Source: Meiothermus sp.
GTDB taxonomy: Bacteria > Deinococcota > Deinococci > Deinococcales > Thermaceae
NCBI GenBank assembly: GCA_033762915.1
Contig: JANRLD010000009.1
Location: forward strand, 1 to 46,162
Direction of reading: 5' to 3'
DNA: 46,162 nucleotides
Made by a program: the position numbers and the translations under genes
Notes under the pieces: generated by a model
Database searches by the model: none
What the model was told of the DNA's origin: nothing
Seen by the model: only the letters and a program-made list of their open reading frames with translations
Shown: in pieces, positions 18,640-27,731 of the stretch
How the letters are laid out: each line of letters opens with the position of its first letter
Numbering within the stretch: the stretch's first letter is position 1

Positions 18640-19274
18640 TGCTTATAGCTCCCGAAAAACTCCCGCTGTTCTTCCTGGCCAGTCTGGCCATTCTGGCGAT
18701 CCCCGGCCCGGCCGTGGTGTACATCGTCACCCGCAGCATCTCGCAGGGCCGGGCGGCAGGCATCGCCTCGGTGCTGGGCATCAACCTGGCCGCCCTGACT
18801 TACGCGGTCGCGGCAGCGCTGGGCCTGACCGCGATTCTGGTCACCAGCACCCTGGCCTTCAACCTGGTCAAGTGGGCAGGCGCAGCCTACCTGATCTACC
18901 TGGGCATCAAGGCTTTCCTTAGCAAGAACGAGGTAGAAACTGTGCAGCTCAAGCGAGACAGCCTGTCCAGGGTCTTCGCGCAGGGCTATATGGTCAATTT
19001 GCTCAACCCCAAGATGGCCTTTTTCACCTTCGCCTTCCTGCCGCAGTTCGTAGACCCCACCCACGGCAGCGTGGCCCTGCAAATCCTGGTGCTGGGCGGG
19101 CTGTTCGCGCTGATGGCGGTGATCTCCGACGGAAGCTACGCGCTCCTGGCGAGTGCGCTGGGCGGCTGGCTACAGCGCAACCCGGCCATCCTCAAGCGGC
19201 AGAAGTACGTGGCGGGTTCGATCTACATCGGACTTGGGTTGACGGCTGCAATTACCGGCTCCAACCAAAAGTAG
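18639..19274 (+). CDS. LysE/RhtB-family amino-acid exporter
   Basis: PGP motif, KWAGAAYLIYLG, NLLNPK.A.F..AFLPQF. Confidence 0.9.
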   Translation: MLIAPEKLPLFFLASLAILAIPGPAVVYIVTRSISQGRAAGIASVLGINLAALTYAVAAALGLTAILVTSTLAFNLVKWAGAAYLIYLGIKAFLSKNEVETVQLKRDSLSRVFAQGYMVNLLNPKMAFFTFAFLPQFVDPTHGSVALQILVLGGLFALMAVISDGSYALLASALGGWLQRNPAILKRQKYVAGSIYIGLGLTAAITGSNQK

Positions 19275-19284
19275 GCTGGTGGCC

Positions 19285-19434
19285 ATGCGCACCGACCAAA
19301 CCCTCATCATCGCCGCGATAGTTCTGGCCCTTCTAGCGGGGTGGTTCGGGGCCAACCAGGTGGCCTGGCTATGGCCCTTCCTGCTGGCGGCTTCGGGGGT
19401 TCTATTCGTGGTGGCCTCGAGGCAAAAGCGGTAA
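19285..19434 (+). CDS. 49-aa two-TM small membrane protein
   Basis: MRTDQTLIIAAIVLALLAGWFGANQVAWLWPFLLAASGVLFVVASRQKR; starts 10 nt after the LysE stop. Confidence 0.6.
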   Translation: MRTDQTLIIAAIVLALLAGWFGANQVAWLWPFLLAASGVLFVVASRQKR

Positions 19435-19586
19435 CAACTTCGCGAGCTTTTGTCAGGTATCAGCACCCAAGCGCCCCGTTTTCGCTCGAGTAACATTCCC
19501 AAACCAAGAGCCGCACCCTTTACAGGACGCGGCAATGGGTTCTTGGGAAAACGCGAGAACCCCTCCCCACAAAAGACGGTGCCCCC

Positions 19587-19969
19587 CTAACCCTCTTTGC
19601 GGTGCCACCACTCCTTGAACTCCATGCAGCGCATGCTTTTGTCAAATCGGGCCGACAATATGCCCTCGAGCTCGACAAACGCACCGGTAGAAACCCGCCT
19701 AAACGATGCCCGCCAGTGGGCATAACCAAGCTGGTTCTCAAAGGCGATTGGAGTTGCCTGAAACTTCACCCCGGTCTGACCCATCCTGGCCCCTTGGGTC
19801 CAATACTGGTGGATACCCTGTGTACCGACCATCGGGGGTCATAAGGGGTCTCGTGGTAGGTGGCCGTGGAAGTAAATATCTGGACTATCGCCTCGGGGTC
19901 GCCGTCTTCCCATGCTTGACGGTACTGTTCGAGCCATTGCTTGAAGTTGTCGATTTCGATAATTTCCAC
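19587..19969 (-). pseudogene. SnoaL/NTF2-like protein split by a 1-nt frameshift
   Basis: N-half WL..Y..AWE..D......IFT..ATYHETPYDP and C-half G...I..YW ... C.EF.EWWH lie in different frames, joined at a G5 run near 19834-19838. Confidence 0.75.
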
Positions 19970-20106
19970 CTCAAGGCTGTGTGGCCTTAGCCCTGGTTTC
20001 AAAATAGCACAGCCCCATAGCGAAATGCCGTGATAGTGATTCCAAGAATTGCCCTCGAGCCTTATGCTAGGCAAACAAGCGCTGGTGGCAAATTTCTGAT
20101 AGGTAG

Positions 20107-20946
20107 GTGCGTGTGTCCGAAGTCAATCCTAACCCCCCCTCTCCCCAACCCCTCTCCCAGAGGGGGAGGGGGCCCAGCTTGGTTGCGGTCAACAACGTCT
20201 CGATGACTTTCCAGACCGGCACCGTGGCGCTCAAGGACGCTAACCTCGAGATTGCCTCGGGTGAGTTCATCAGCCTGATCGGGCCGTCCGGCTGCGGTAA
20301 AACCACCCTACTGCGGCTGCTGGCCGACCTGATCCAGCCGACCTCGGGGAGCATCAGCATCGGCGGGAAGACGCCGGAAGAAGCCCGCAAGAGCCGGGCC
20401 TATGGCTATGTGTTCCAGGCCGCCACCCTGATGGAGTGGCGCAGCGTGCTGCACAACGTGATGCTGCCGCTCGAGGTGATGAACTTCCCGCAGGCCGAGC
20501 GCCGGGCGAGGGCCGAGAAGATGCTGGCACTGGTGGGCCTGGAGAAGTTCGCCAAGCACTATCCCTGGCAGCTCTCGGGCGGGATGCAGCAGCGGGTGAG
20601 CATTGCCCGTGCCTTGGCCTTCGACCCCCAGCTGTTGTTCATGGACGAGCCGTTTGGGGCCCTCGACGAGATCACTCGAGAGAACCTGAACCTGGAACTG
20701 CTTAGATTGTGGCGCGAGACCGGCAAGACGGTCATCTTCGTGACCCACTCCATCCCCGAGGCGGTGTTCCTCTCCACCCGCATCGTGGTAATGACCCCGC
20801 GCCCCGGTAAGATCGAGACGGTCATCCCGGTGGACCTGCCCCAGCCCCGCACCTTCGAGACCCGCGAGACCCCCGAGTTCTTCCGCATCGCCACCGAGGT
20901 GCGCGAGGCGCTGCGCAAGGGCCACGGCTACGACGTACAGGAGTAG
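20107..20946 (+). CDS. ABC transporter ATP-binding protein (NitT/TauT type, probable pyrimidine uptake)
   Basis: GPSGCGKT, LSGGMQQR, MDEPFGALDEITR, VTHS. Confidence 0.92.
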   Translation: MRVSEVNPNPPSPQPLSQRGRGPSLVAVNNVSMTFQTGTVALKDANLEIASGEFISLIGPSGCGKTTLLRLLADLIQPTSGSISIGGKTPEEARKSRAYGYVFQAATLMEWRSVLHNVMLPLEVMNFPQAERRARAEKMLALVGLEKFAKHYPWQLSGGMQQRVSIARALAFDPQLLFMDEPFGALDEITRENLNLELLRLWRETGKTVIFVTHSIPEAVFLSTRIVVMTPRPGKIETVIPVDLPQPRTFETRETPEFFRIATEVREALRKGHGYDVQE

Positions 20947-20951
20947 GGGCC

Positions 20952-21815
20952 ATGAGCTTGTTTCGCTCTCCCAACCTCGTGCCGATGCTGGTCATCGCGG
21001 TCGTCATCGCGCTGCTCTACTACCCGCTGATGCTCTTCGCCAATGTGCCGGTCGCCCAGAGGGCCCTGGACAACGGCGCGGCCTTGGAGTGCAAGACCGC
21101 CCTCGAGTGCGCCCCCCAGATGCGCTCTCCAGTGCTGCCCTCACCACAGCAACTCCTGACCGGATTCCGCAGCCTGTTGTTCCCACTCAACGCCCCCACC
21201 TCGATTATCCCCAACGCGCTGACCACCGCCTTCAACACCCTGATGGGCCTGCTGCTGGCGGCGGTGGTGGGCTTTTTCTTCGCCATCGGGATCGTGGCCA
21301 GCCGGGCCTTCGAGCGCTCACTGCTGCCGTTGGTGGTGGCCTCTCAAACCGTGCCCATCATCGCCATCGCGCCCATGCTGGTGGTGGTGCTGGGCCAGTA
21401 CGGCGTGCAGGGCTGGCTGCCCAAGGCCATCATCGCGGGCTTCGTGGCCTTCTTCCCCATCGCCATCGGGGTCGCCAAGGGGCTCCGCAGCCCCGACCCC
21501 ATGGCCCTAGACCTGATGAAGACCTACAACGCCCCCACCTGGCAGACCTACGTGTTGCTGCGCTTCCCGGCCTCTGTGCCCTACTTGTTCACGGCCTTCA
21601 AGGTCTCGGTCACTGCCGCGCTGATTGGGGCCATCGTGGCCGAGATTGCCACAGTGGGGTTCCAGGGCGGGCTGGGACGGATGCTGTTCGAAAACTCGAG
21701 GGCCTCAGATGTGGTGGCGATCTGGGTCATCATGATTTCCTCGGCCGTGCTGGGGATTCTGCTGGTGGCGCTGGTCAACCTAGCGGAGAGGGTGGTGACG
21801 CCGTGGAAGCGGTGA
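20952..21815 (+). CDS. ABC transporter permease 1
   Basis: Hydrophobic; SQTVPIIAIAP, EAA-like LR.P.SVPYLF, GAIVAE. Confidence 0.9.
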   Translation: MSLFRSPNLVPMLVIAVVIALLYYPLMLFANVPVAQRALDNGAALECKTALECAPQMRSPVLPSPQQLLTGFRSLLFPLNAPTSIIPNALTTAFNTLMGLLLAAVVGFFFAIGIVASRAFERSLLPLVVASQTVPIIAIAPMLVVVLGQYGVQGWLPKAIIAGFVAFFPIAIGVAKGLRSPDPMALDLMKTYNAPTWQTYVLLRFPASVPYLFTAFKVSVTAALIGAIVAEIATVGFQGGLGRMLFENSRASDVVAIWVIMISSAVLGILLVALVNLAERVVTPWKR

Positions 21816-22792
21816 AGAGCGCCGAAGGCCGAAACCCCAAGGCCGAAGGCCAAAGCCTCCTTGGCTGGGTGCTCCTGGCTGCCGGGTTCGGGCTGCTGTT
21901 GTGGTTTATCGCCTCGTGGTGGAGCCGGACCGAACTGGCGCCTGGTGGCCTCAAGCTGCTGATCGGTGCCGGGTTCTTGATCGGGGCTTTGGGGCTGGCT
22001 CGAGTCGCAAACTCCTTCACCAAAACCACCAACGCGCTGATCGCCTTTGTGCCCGCCGGACTGACCCTGCTGCTGGCGCTGGTGACGGTGGAGGCACTGC
22101 TGCGGGCCTATCAGGTGCCGGTGGGGCTTATCCCCACGCCCTCGAGGGTCCTTTCCACGCTGGTGGATGTGCGGCAGGTGCTGCTGCAGGACGCCTACCA
22201 GACGGTGGTGCTCGAGGCCTTCACCGGCTGGGCGGTGGGGTCGGTGTTGGGGGTAGGGTTTGCGCTGTTGGTGAGCCGGTTCGTGTTTCTCGAGCGTGGC
22301 TTCCTGCCCTACGCCAGCGCGTTCTCGGCCATCCCCATCGTGGCCCTGGCCCCGGTGCTGGTGAAGATGGTCGGCATCGAGTGGCAGTCCAAGGCCATCA
22401 TCGTGGCCATCACGGTCTTCTTCCCGGTGGTGGTCAACACCTTCCGCGGCCTGACCGAGGTCAGCCACATGTCCCTCGACCTGATGCGCTCGTACGCCGC
22501 CTCACAGCTGCAGAACTACTCGGCCCTGCGCATCCCCAACGCGCTGCCCTTTATCTTCAACGGGCTAAAGCTGGGCACCACGCTGGCGATGATCGGGGCC
22601 ATCGTGGGCGAGTTCTTTGGGGCCAATGGCCAAGGCCTGGGCTTCCGCATCCAGATCGAGGCCGGGCGTTTCGGATTTGACATCGTGTGGAGCGCCATCA
22701 TTGTGGCCTCGGTGATCGGGATTGCCTGGTACAACGCGGTGGCCTGGGTTGAACGCAGACTCACCGGTTGGCATGTCTCCTTCCGTGAGTGA
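21812..22792 (+). CDS. ABC transporter permease 2
   Basis: GTGA overlap with the upstream stop; PIVALAP, LRIPNALP.IF.GLK, GAIVGEFF. Confidence 0.9.
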   Translation: MKSAEGRNPKAEGQSLLGWVLLAAGFGLLLWFIASWWSRTELAPGGLKLLIGAGFLIGALGLARVANSFTKTTNALIAFVPAGLTLLLALVTVEALLRAYQVPVGLIPTPSRVLSTLVDVRQVLLQDAYQTVVLEAFTGWAVGSVLGVGFALLVSRFVFLERGFLPYASAFSAIPIVALAPVLVKMVGIEWQSKAIIVAITVFFPVVVNTFRGLTEVSHMSLDLMRSYAASQLQNYSALRIPNALPFIFNGLKLGTTLAMIGAIVGEFFGANGQGLGFRIQIEAGRFGFDIVWSAIIVASVIGIAWYNAVAWVERRLTGWHVSFRE

Positions 22793-22914
22793 GGGCCTTA
22801 CGGCCGGCGGTCAGGCCGCAAACACCGCATTTTTATTCATCACCAGCTTGTAATTGCCCCGCAATGTGCGGTAGGCTTAGCGCCGAAGTCGATCTGGTAC
22901 AGGAGGAGGAGAAA

Positions 22915-23997
22915 ATGAGGAAGTGGACGGTACTTTTGGCACTGGCGGTCTTTGCCCTCGCGTCATTGGCGAATGCTCAGAACTTGGTGAAGGTCAACCT
23001 ACAGCTTAAGTGGTTCCCCCAGGCCCAGTTCGCCGGATTCTTCGTGGCCCGCGAGCGCGGTTTCTTCAGGGAGGAGGGCCTCGACGTCAACCTGATGCCC
23101 GCCGGGGATCAGTCGCCTATCCAGGTGGTGCAGTCGGGCGCCGCCGATTTCGGGACGACCTGGATCGCCGACCTGTTGACCGCCCGCGAGCGGGGCATTC
23201 CGGTGGTGCACATCGCCCAGATCTTCCAGCGCTCGGGCTTCACCCTGGTGGCTCTCCGCAGCAGCAACATCCGCAACCTCTGCACCGACATGAAGGGCAA
23301 GAGCGTTGGGGTCTGGCCCTCGGGCAACGAGTACCCCGCGGTGGCCCTGTTCAGCAAATGCGGTCTGACCAGCTCGCTCGACCCCAAGGTCAGCAACCCT
23401 GACGTGACCGCCGTCTCCTACCCCTTCGACCCCTCATTGGTCTTCCCCGATAAGGTGCAGCTCGTTGCTGCCATGACCTATAACGAGGTCAACCAGATCG
23501 CTGGTCTGGGCTACGGCCCGACCCGCGTCAACGTCTTCAAGCTCGCCGATAAGGGCATCAACCTGCTCGAGGACCTGATGTTCACCAGCGAACGGGTTCT
23601 GGCCGACTCCAACTTCAAGGGCTCGGGCCAGACCGGCCGTCAGATCGCCGCTAAGCTGATCCGGGCCTCGCTCAAGGGCTGGGACTGGGCTGTGCGCAAC
23701 CGCGCCGAGACCGTGGAGAAGTACGTGTTGCCCTTCTGCGGCAACACCTGCAAGGGCTCGGGCACCCGCGCCGACGCCAAGGGCCATCAGACCTGGCAGA
23801 TGAACGAGATCGCCAAGCTCTACCAGGCCGGTGCCACGCTCAAAAACTTCGCCGGTCTGCTGGTACCCGCCGACTTCCAGGCTTCGGTTAAGCTGCTCAA
23901 GGACCAGGGCATCCTGACCAAGGACCCGCCCGCTACCACCGTGGACTACGGCCCCTGGGAGGCTGCCACCGGCAAGAAGGTCAGCAACTTCCGATAA
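22915..23997 (+). CDS. ABC substrate-binding protein, NMT1/THI5-like
   Basis: AGGAGG RBS, signal peptide, LQLKW.PQAQFAG..VA...G...EEGLDV. Confidence 0.9.
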   Translation: MRKWTVLLALAVFALASLANAQNLVKVNLQLKWFPQAQFAGFFVARERGFFREEGLDVNLMPAGDQSPIQVVQSGAADFGTTWIADLLTARERGIPVVHIAQIFQRSGFTLVALRSSNIRNLCTDMKGKSVGVWPSGNEYPAVALFSKCGLTSSLDPKVSNPDVTAVSYPFDPSLVFPDKVQLVAAMTYNEVNQIAGLGYGPTRVNVFKLADKGINLLEDLMFTSERVLADSNFKGSGQTGRQIAAKLIRASLKGWDWAVRNRAETVEKYVLPFCGNTCKGSGTRADAKGHQTWQMNEIAKLYQAGATLKNFAGLLVPADFQASVKLLKDQGILTKDPPATTVDYGPWEAATGKKVSNFR

Positions 23998-24009
23998 TCG
24001 CCCACCCGC

Positions 24010-24044
24010 AAGCCCCTCGAGCCAGGGCTCGAGGGGCTTGCTTT
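24010..24044 (+). terminator. intrinsic terminator
   Basis: AAGCCCCTCGAGCC-AG-GGCTCGAGGGGCTT followed by GCTTT. Confidence 0.7.
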
Positions 24045-24386
24045 GGTCTCGAGCAAAGTCGACCCCCCTGGGTTGAGGCGGCCACTCGAACGCCACCCCT
24101 CCCCCACCGGACTGTTCAATCGCGCTTCCCACCCTCACCTCCCTCGCTGTGGCAGGCAAAGCCCTCGCCTCAGTAAGACCGCTTTCGGGAGAATGCCTGG
24201 GAACCGCTCAAGGGTGCGGCTACGCTCGAGCTGCGGTTTCTTGCCGTTGAGCGCCCCAACCGTCGCACCGACTCGATAGCTTTGGGGCAAGCGAATCGGG
24301 GAGGTCGGCGTCGGGTTCGCCTTGGTCTTGTTGTTTGCCGCCCTGCACCTAGCGCAAGCAGCCGCCAACTCGAGATAATATTCCTC

Positions 24387-25631
24387 ATGCTTAACCCCCA
24401 GCGCACCATCGCGGAACTCAAAGAGCTGCGTGCCCTCACCGGCGACGAGAACGGCGCCCAGCGGGTGGCCTGGACCGACACCTGGCTCAAGGCCCGGGAA
24501 TGGTTCAAGGGCAAGCTCGAGGGTCTCCCGGTCACACACCACCAGGACGCCGCCGGGAACCTCTGGGTAACCCTTCAGGGCCAGAGCGAAAAGACCTTGT
24601 TAATCGGGGGACACCTGGACTCGGTGCCGGGCGGCGGCTGGCTGGACGGCTGCCTGAACGTGATGGCGGGCCTCGAGGTGCTGCGCCGCATCAGCGCCGA
24701 GTATGGCGGCAAGCCGCCCGTTACAGTCAAGCTGGTGGACTGGGCCGACGAGGAGGGCGCGCGCTTTGGGCGCAGCCTCCTGGGATCTTCCGCTTTCGCG
24801 GGTACGCACAGCATCGAGGCCGACCGGAACCGCACCGACCGCGACGGAGTGCGCCTCGAGGACGCGCTGCGGCGCTGCGGGGTGGAGATCGACCGCTTCC
24901 CCGAGGCTACCCAGGGGCAGCAAAACGCCGCCGCCTACCTCGAGCTGCACATCGAGCAAGGCCCGGTGCTGCTGGACAAAGGCCTGCCGCTGGGGGTGGT
25001 GCTGGGCACCAAGGGCGTCGAACGCCACGCCGTGACCTTCCACGGCCAGGAGGCCCACTCCGGCTCGACCCCCATGAACCGCCGCCGCGACGCCCTGGCC
25101 GCGGCCGCCAAGCTGGCCTTGGAGATTCGCCCCATCGCCATGAAGCACCCCGACGCAGTATGCACCATGGGCTCGGTCAAGACCTTTCCCGGCATCGTGA
25201 CGGCGGTGGTGGGGCGCTGCGAGGCCACCCTCGACCAACGCGACCTCAGCGCCGAGGTGTTGGCCCAGATGTACCGCGAGGCCAAAGAGGCCAGCGAGCG
25301 CTTTGCCGCCGAGGAGGGTTGCACGGTGGAGTGGAGCCGCATCTGGAACATCGAGCCGATCCCCTTCCATCCCGAGCTGATCGAGTTCTGCGACGCGTCG
25401 ATCCTCGAGACCGCCGGGGTCTCCTACCGCCTGCCCTCTGGCCCCCTGCACGACGCCGCCGAGGTGGCGCGGGCGGGCATACCCACGGTCATGATGTTCA
25501 CCCAGAGCCTTCACGGCATCAGCCACAACAAGATTGAGGACACTAAGGAGGAGCACCTCGAGCTCGCGGTACAAGCGTTTGACAAACTGGCCAGCAGGAC
25601 AATGACGTGGATTCTGGCGGGCGGCAACTGA
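24387..25631 (+). CDS. beta-ureidopropionase / N-carbamoyl-amino-acid hydrolase (M20 Zn hydrolase)
   Basis: GHLDSVP.GG.LDG, EEGARFG, ELHIEQGP, HSGSTPM..R.D, SG..HDA, SHN..E; operon context. Confidence 0.9.
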   Translation: MLNPQRTIAELKELRALTGDENGAQRVAWTDTWLKAREWFKGKLEGLPVTHHQDAAGNLWVTLQGQSEKTLLIGGHLDSVPGGGWLDGCLNVMAGLEVLRRISAEYGGKPPVTVKLVDWADEEGARFGRSLLGSSAFAGTHSIEADRNRTDRDGVRLEDALRRCGVEIDRFPEATQGQQNAAAYLELHIEQGPVLLDKGLPLGVVLGTKGVERHAVTFHGQEAHSGSTPMNRRRDALAAAAKLALEIRPIAMKHPDAVCTMGSVKTFPGIVTAVVGRCEATLDQRDLSAEVLAQMYREAKEASERFAAEEGCTVEWSRIWNIEPIPFHPELIEFCDASILETAGVSYRLPSGPLHDAAEVARAGIPTVMMFTQSLHGISHNKIEDTKEEHLELAVQAFDKLASRTMTWILAGGN

Positions 25632-25701
25632 AAGCCAGCAGGTGTGAAATAGCCATGCGGCACCGGCCTTCAACCGCCGGGCAGCGCACCGAAGAGGTCT
25701 G

Positions 25702-26283
25702 ATGAAGTTCTGCCCAAACTGCGGAAATCCCCTCGAGCCCGTACTGGCCGACGGCCGGGCCCGCCCGGCCTGCGTGGCCCAGGGGTGCGGGTTCATCCAC
25801 TACGGCAACTACTCGGTCGGGGTGGGCGGTCTGGTGCTGCACCACGACCGGGTGCTGCTGATCCAGCGCAATCAGGACCCCGGCAAGGGGCTCTGGACGA
25901 TCCCGGGCGGGTACGTCGAGTTCGACGAGACGGCGGAGACCGGGGTGGTGCGTGAGATCGAGGAGGAGACCGGGATCCAGACCCGCCTGGTCGGCCTGGT
26001 GGGCTTCCGCAGCCGCGTGAACCCGCGCAACAACGACGCCTACGCGGTGTTTTTGCTCGAGCCGGTGGGCGGACAGTTGATCGCCACCCCCAACGAGGAG
26101 ATCGCCCGGGTGGAGTTCTTCGGGCTCGAGGAGCTCCAGCACCTGCACCCCCTCCCCCCAGTCAGCATGCAGTTGGCCTCGATGGCCATTCGCGGCGAAC
26201 TGCAAGCCCTGACCGGGCACACCATTCAGCGGTTTAACACCACCGACAGCGACACCGTTTTCCTCTCGCGTAGGGAGGCCTGA
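25702..26283 (+). CDS. zinc-ribbon Nudix hydrolase
   Basis: MKFCPNCG...C...CG.IHY.N; Nudix box GGYVEFDETAETGVVREIEEETG. Confidence 0.9.
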   Translation: MKFCPNCGNPLEPVLADGRARPACVAQGCGFIHYGNYSVGVGGLVLHHDRVLLIQRNQDPGKGLWTIPGGYVEFDETAETGVVREIEEETGIQTRLVGLVGFRSRVNPRNNDAYAVFLLEPVGGQLIATPNEEIARVEFFGLEELQHLHPLPPVSMQLASMAIRGELQALTGHTIQRFNTTDSDTVFLSRREA

Positions 26284-26341
26284 CCCCCCAGGTCAGGCTA
26301 GGCTCACACCGGTGCCCGGCCGTGCTGCCTCGGACCGCCGC

Positions 26342-27208
26342 TCAACTCCGCCGGCCCAACTTTAGCCCCCTCGGCCACAGCAGCGGCAGTTGACTCACCA
26401 GGGTGGCCCCGAGGATCAGCGCCCCGCCCAGCCAGCCCTGCCAGCCCAGGCGCTCGCCCAGGAAAGCCATTGCCAACAGGGCCGCATAGACCGGCTCGAG
26501 GGTGTAGATCACCGCCGCCTCGGACGCCGGCACGGTGCGCTGCCCGACGGCCTGCAACCAGACGCAGAAAGCGCTGGCGACGACACCGAGGTAGAGAATC
26601 TGGGGCCAGGGCAGCCCACCCCAGTCCCACTGCGGCTGCTCTACCCCCACCCAAACCAACGACCCAGCCAGCACCACCAGCATCTGCACACCGGTCAGGG
26701 GGAGCGCGGCGAAGCGGGGCGCGTGGTGCTCCATCCGCCAGATGTACAGCGCATAGCTCGCAGCCGTGCCCAGCGTCCATAGGTCGCCCGCGTTGGGCGG
26801 CGAGCCGTCGTAGGAAAGTAGCCCCACCCCCAGGATTGCCAGCCCAGCCGAGGCCCAGATGTTCCAGCCCAGCCGGTGGCCCAGGATTCCCAACATCAGC
26901 GGGAGGATCACCACGTAGAGGGTGGTGATGAAAGCACTCCGGCTGGCCGTGGTGGACTCCAGGCCCACGGTCTGGGTCAGGTAGGCCACGAACAAATAGG
27001 CCCCCAGCTCGAGGCCCGCCCGCCACAGCCTCGAGTCCCGGACAAACAGCCAGGGCAGGAAGCACAGCACCGCCAGCCCGAAGCGCAGCACGTTCATCTG
27101 CGAAGCGCCGATGCTGTCCAGCGAACCCTTGACCAAGACGAAGGTGGAGCCCCACAAAAAGGTAGCGAAGCTCAAGTAGACGATGCCCAGCAGATGCCCT
27201 CGGTGCAC
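26342..27208 (-). CDS. DMT/EamA-family transporter
   Basis: WGSTF..VK, LRF, QT.GL..TTA.RSAFIT, A.VIYTLEPV.A; about 10 TM segments. Confidence 0.9.
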   Translation of the reverse strand: MHRGHLLGIVYLSFATFLWGSTFVLVKGSLDSIGASQMNVLRFGLAVLCFLPWLFVRDSRLWRAGLELGAYLFVAYLTQTVGLESTTASRSAFITTLYVVILPLMLGILGHRLGWNIWASAGLAILGVGLLSYDGSPPNAGDLWTLGTAASYALYIWRMEHHAPRFAALPLTGVQMLVVLAGSLVWVGVEQPQWDWGGLPWPQILYLGVVASAFCVWLQAVGQRTVPASEAAVIYTLEPVYAALLAMAFLGERLGWQGWLGGALILGATLVSQLPLLWPRGLKLGRRS

Positions 27209-27731
27209 GCGAAGAGTGTACCGCGGCCCCGAAGCTGGGGTGCAGGCGGGGCACTCTGATCGAGTTTCCCACTATTACCTCCCTTGCGGTGGCAGGCAAT
27301 CTGTTCCCCATTGCGTTTACAACCCATACTCTGCCTAAGGTACTGCGCTAAAGCGGGCGCTAAAGCGGGTGCTAAAGCGGAGATCCTGTTGGCGAACTCC
27401 AAATCTGGGCGATAAAGCGAGGATTGAGATACCGATGAAGACACGACTTCTCGAGTTGCACCCCGACTTCGCCAACAGAGTCAGCGGAGTAGTGTACTCG
27501 GTACAGCAAAAACCACCGTACCGAGTTTTCGTGGCAACCGCTCTACGGCAAATTCCGCTGTAGGGAGTATGCGGGGGAACGGCTCTGAGCTTCGGACTCG
27601 AGGGTTTTGGCGTCCGTAGTGGTTTGCTCGAGACTTCTCGAAGTGTAGTCTAAGTCCAATTTTGATTTGAGGCCAAGCACTTCTTTTACTCGATACAAAC
27701 TTGACACAACTTGGTGTAAGCTATCCGCGTT

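Noticed and set aside
21089..21811. 567-aa version of permease 2
   Set aside because: The extension overlaps permease 1 in another frame; the real start is near 21812
24043..24386. Short ORFs between the binding-protein gene and the beta-ureidopropionase
   Set aside because: No RBS or motif support; the hydrophobic plus-strand stretch is cut by a stop and has no start codon
27690..27725. Pho box upstream of phnD (ACAAACTTG / ACAACTTG)
   Set aside because: The repeat is short and imperfect, and I cannot match it to a known PhoB/PhoP consensus for this lineage
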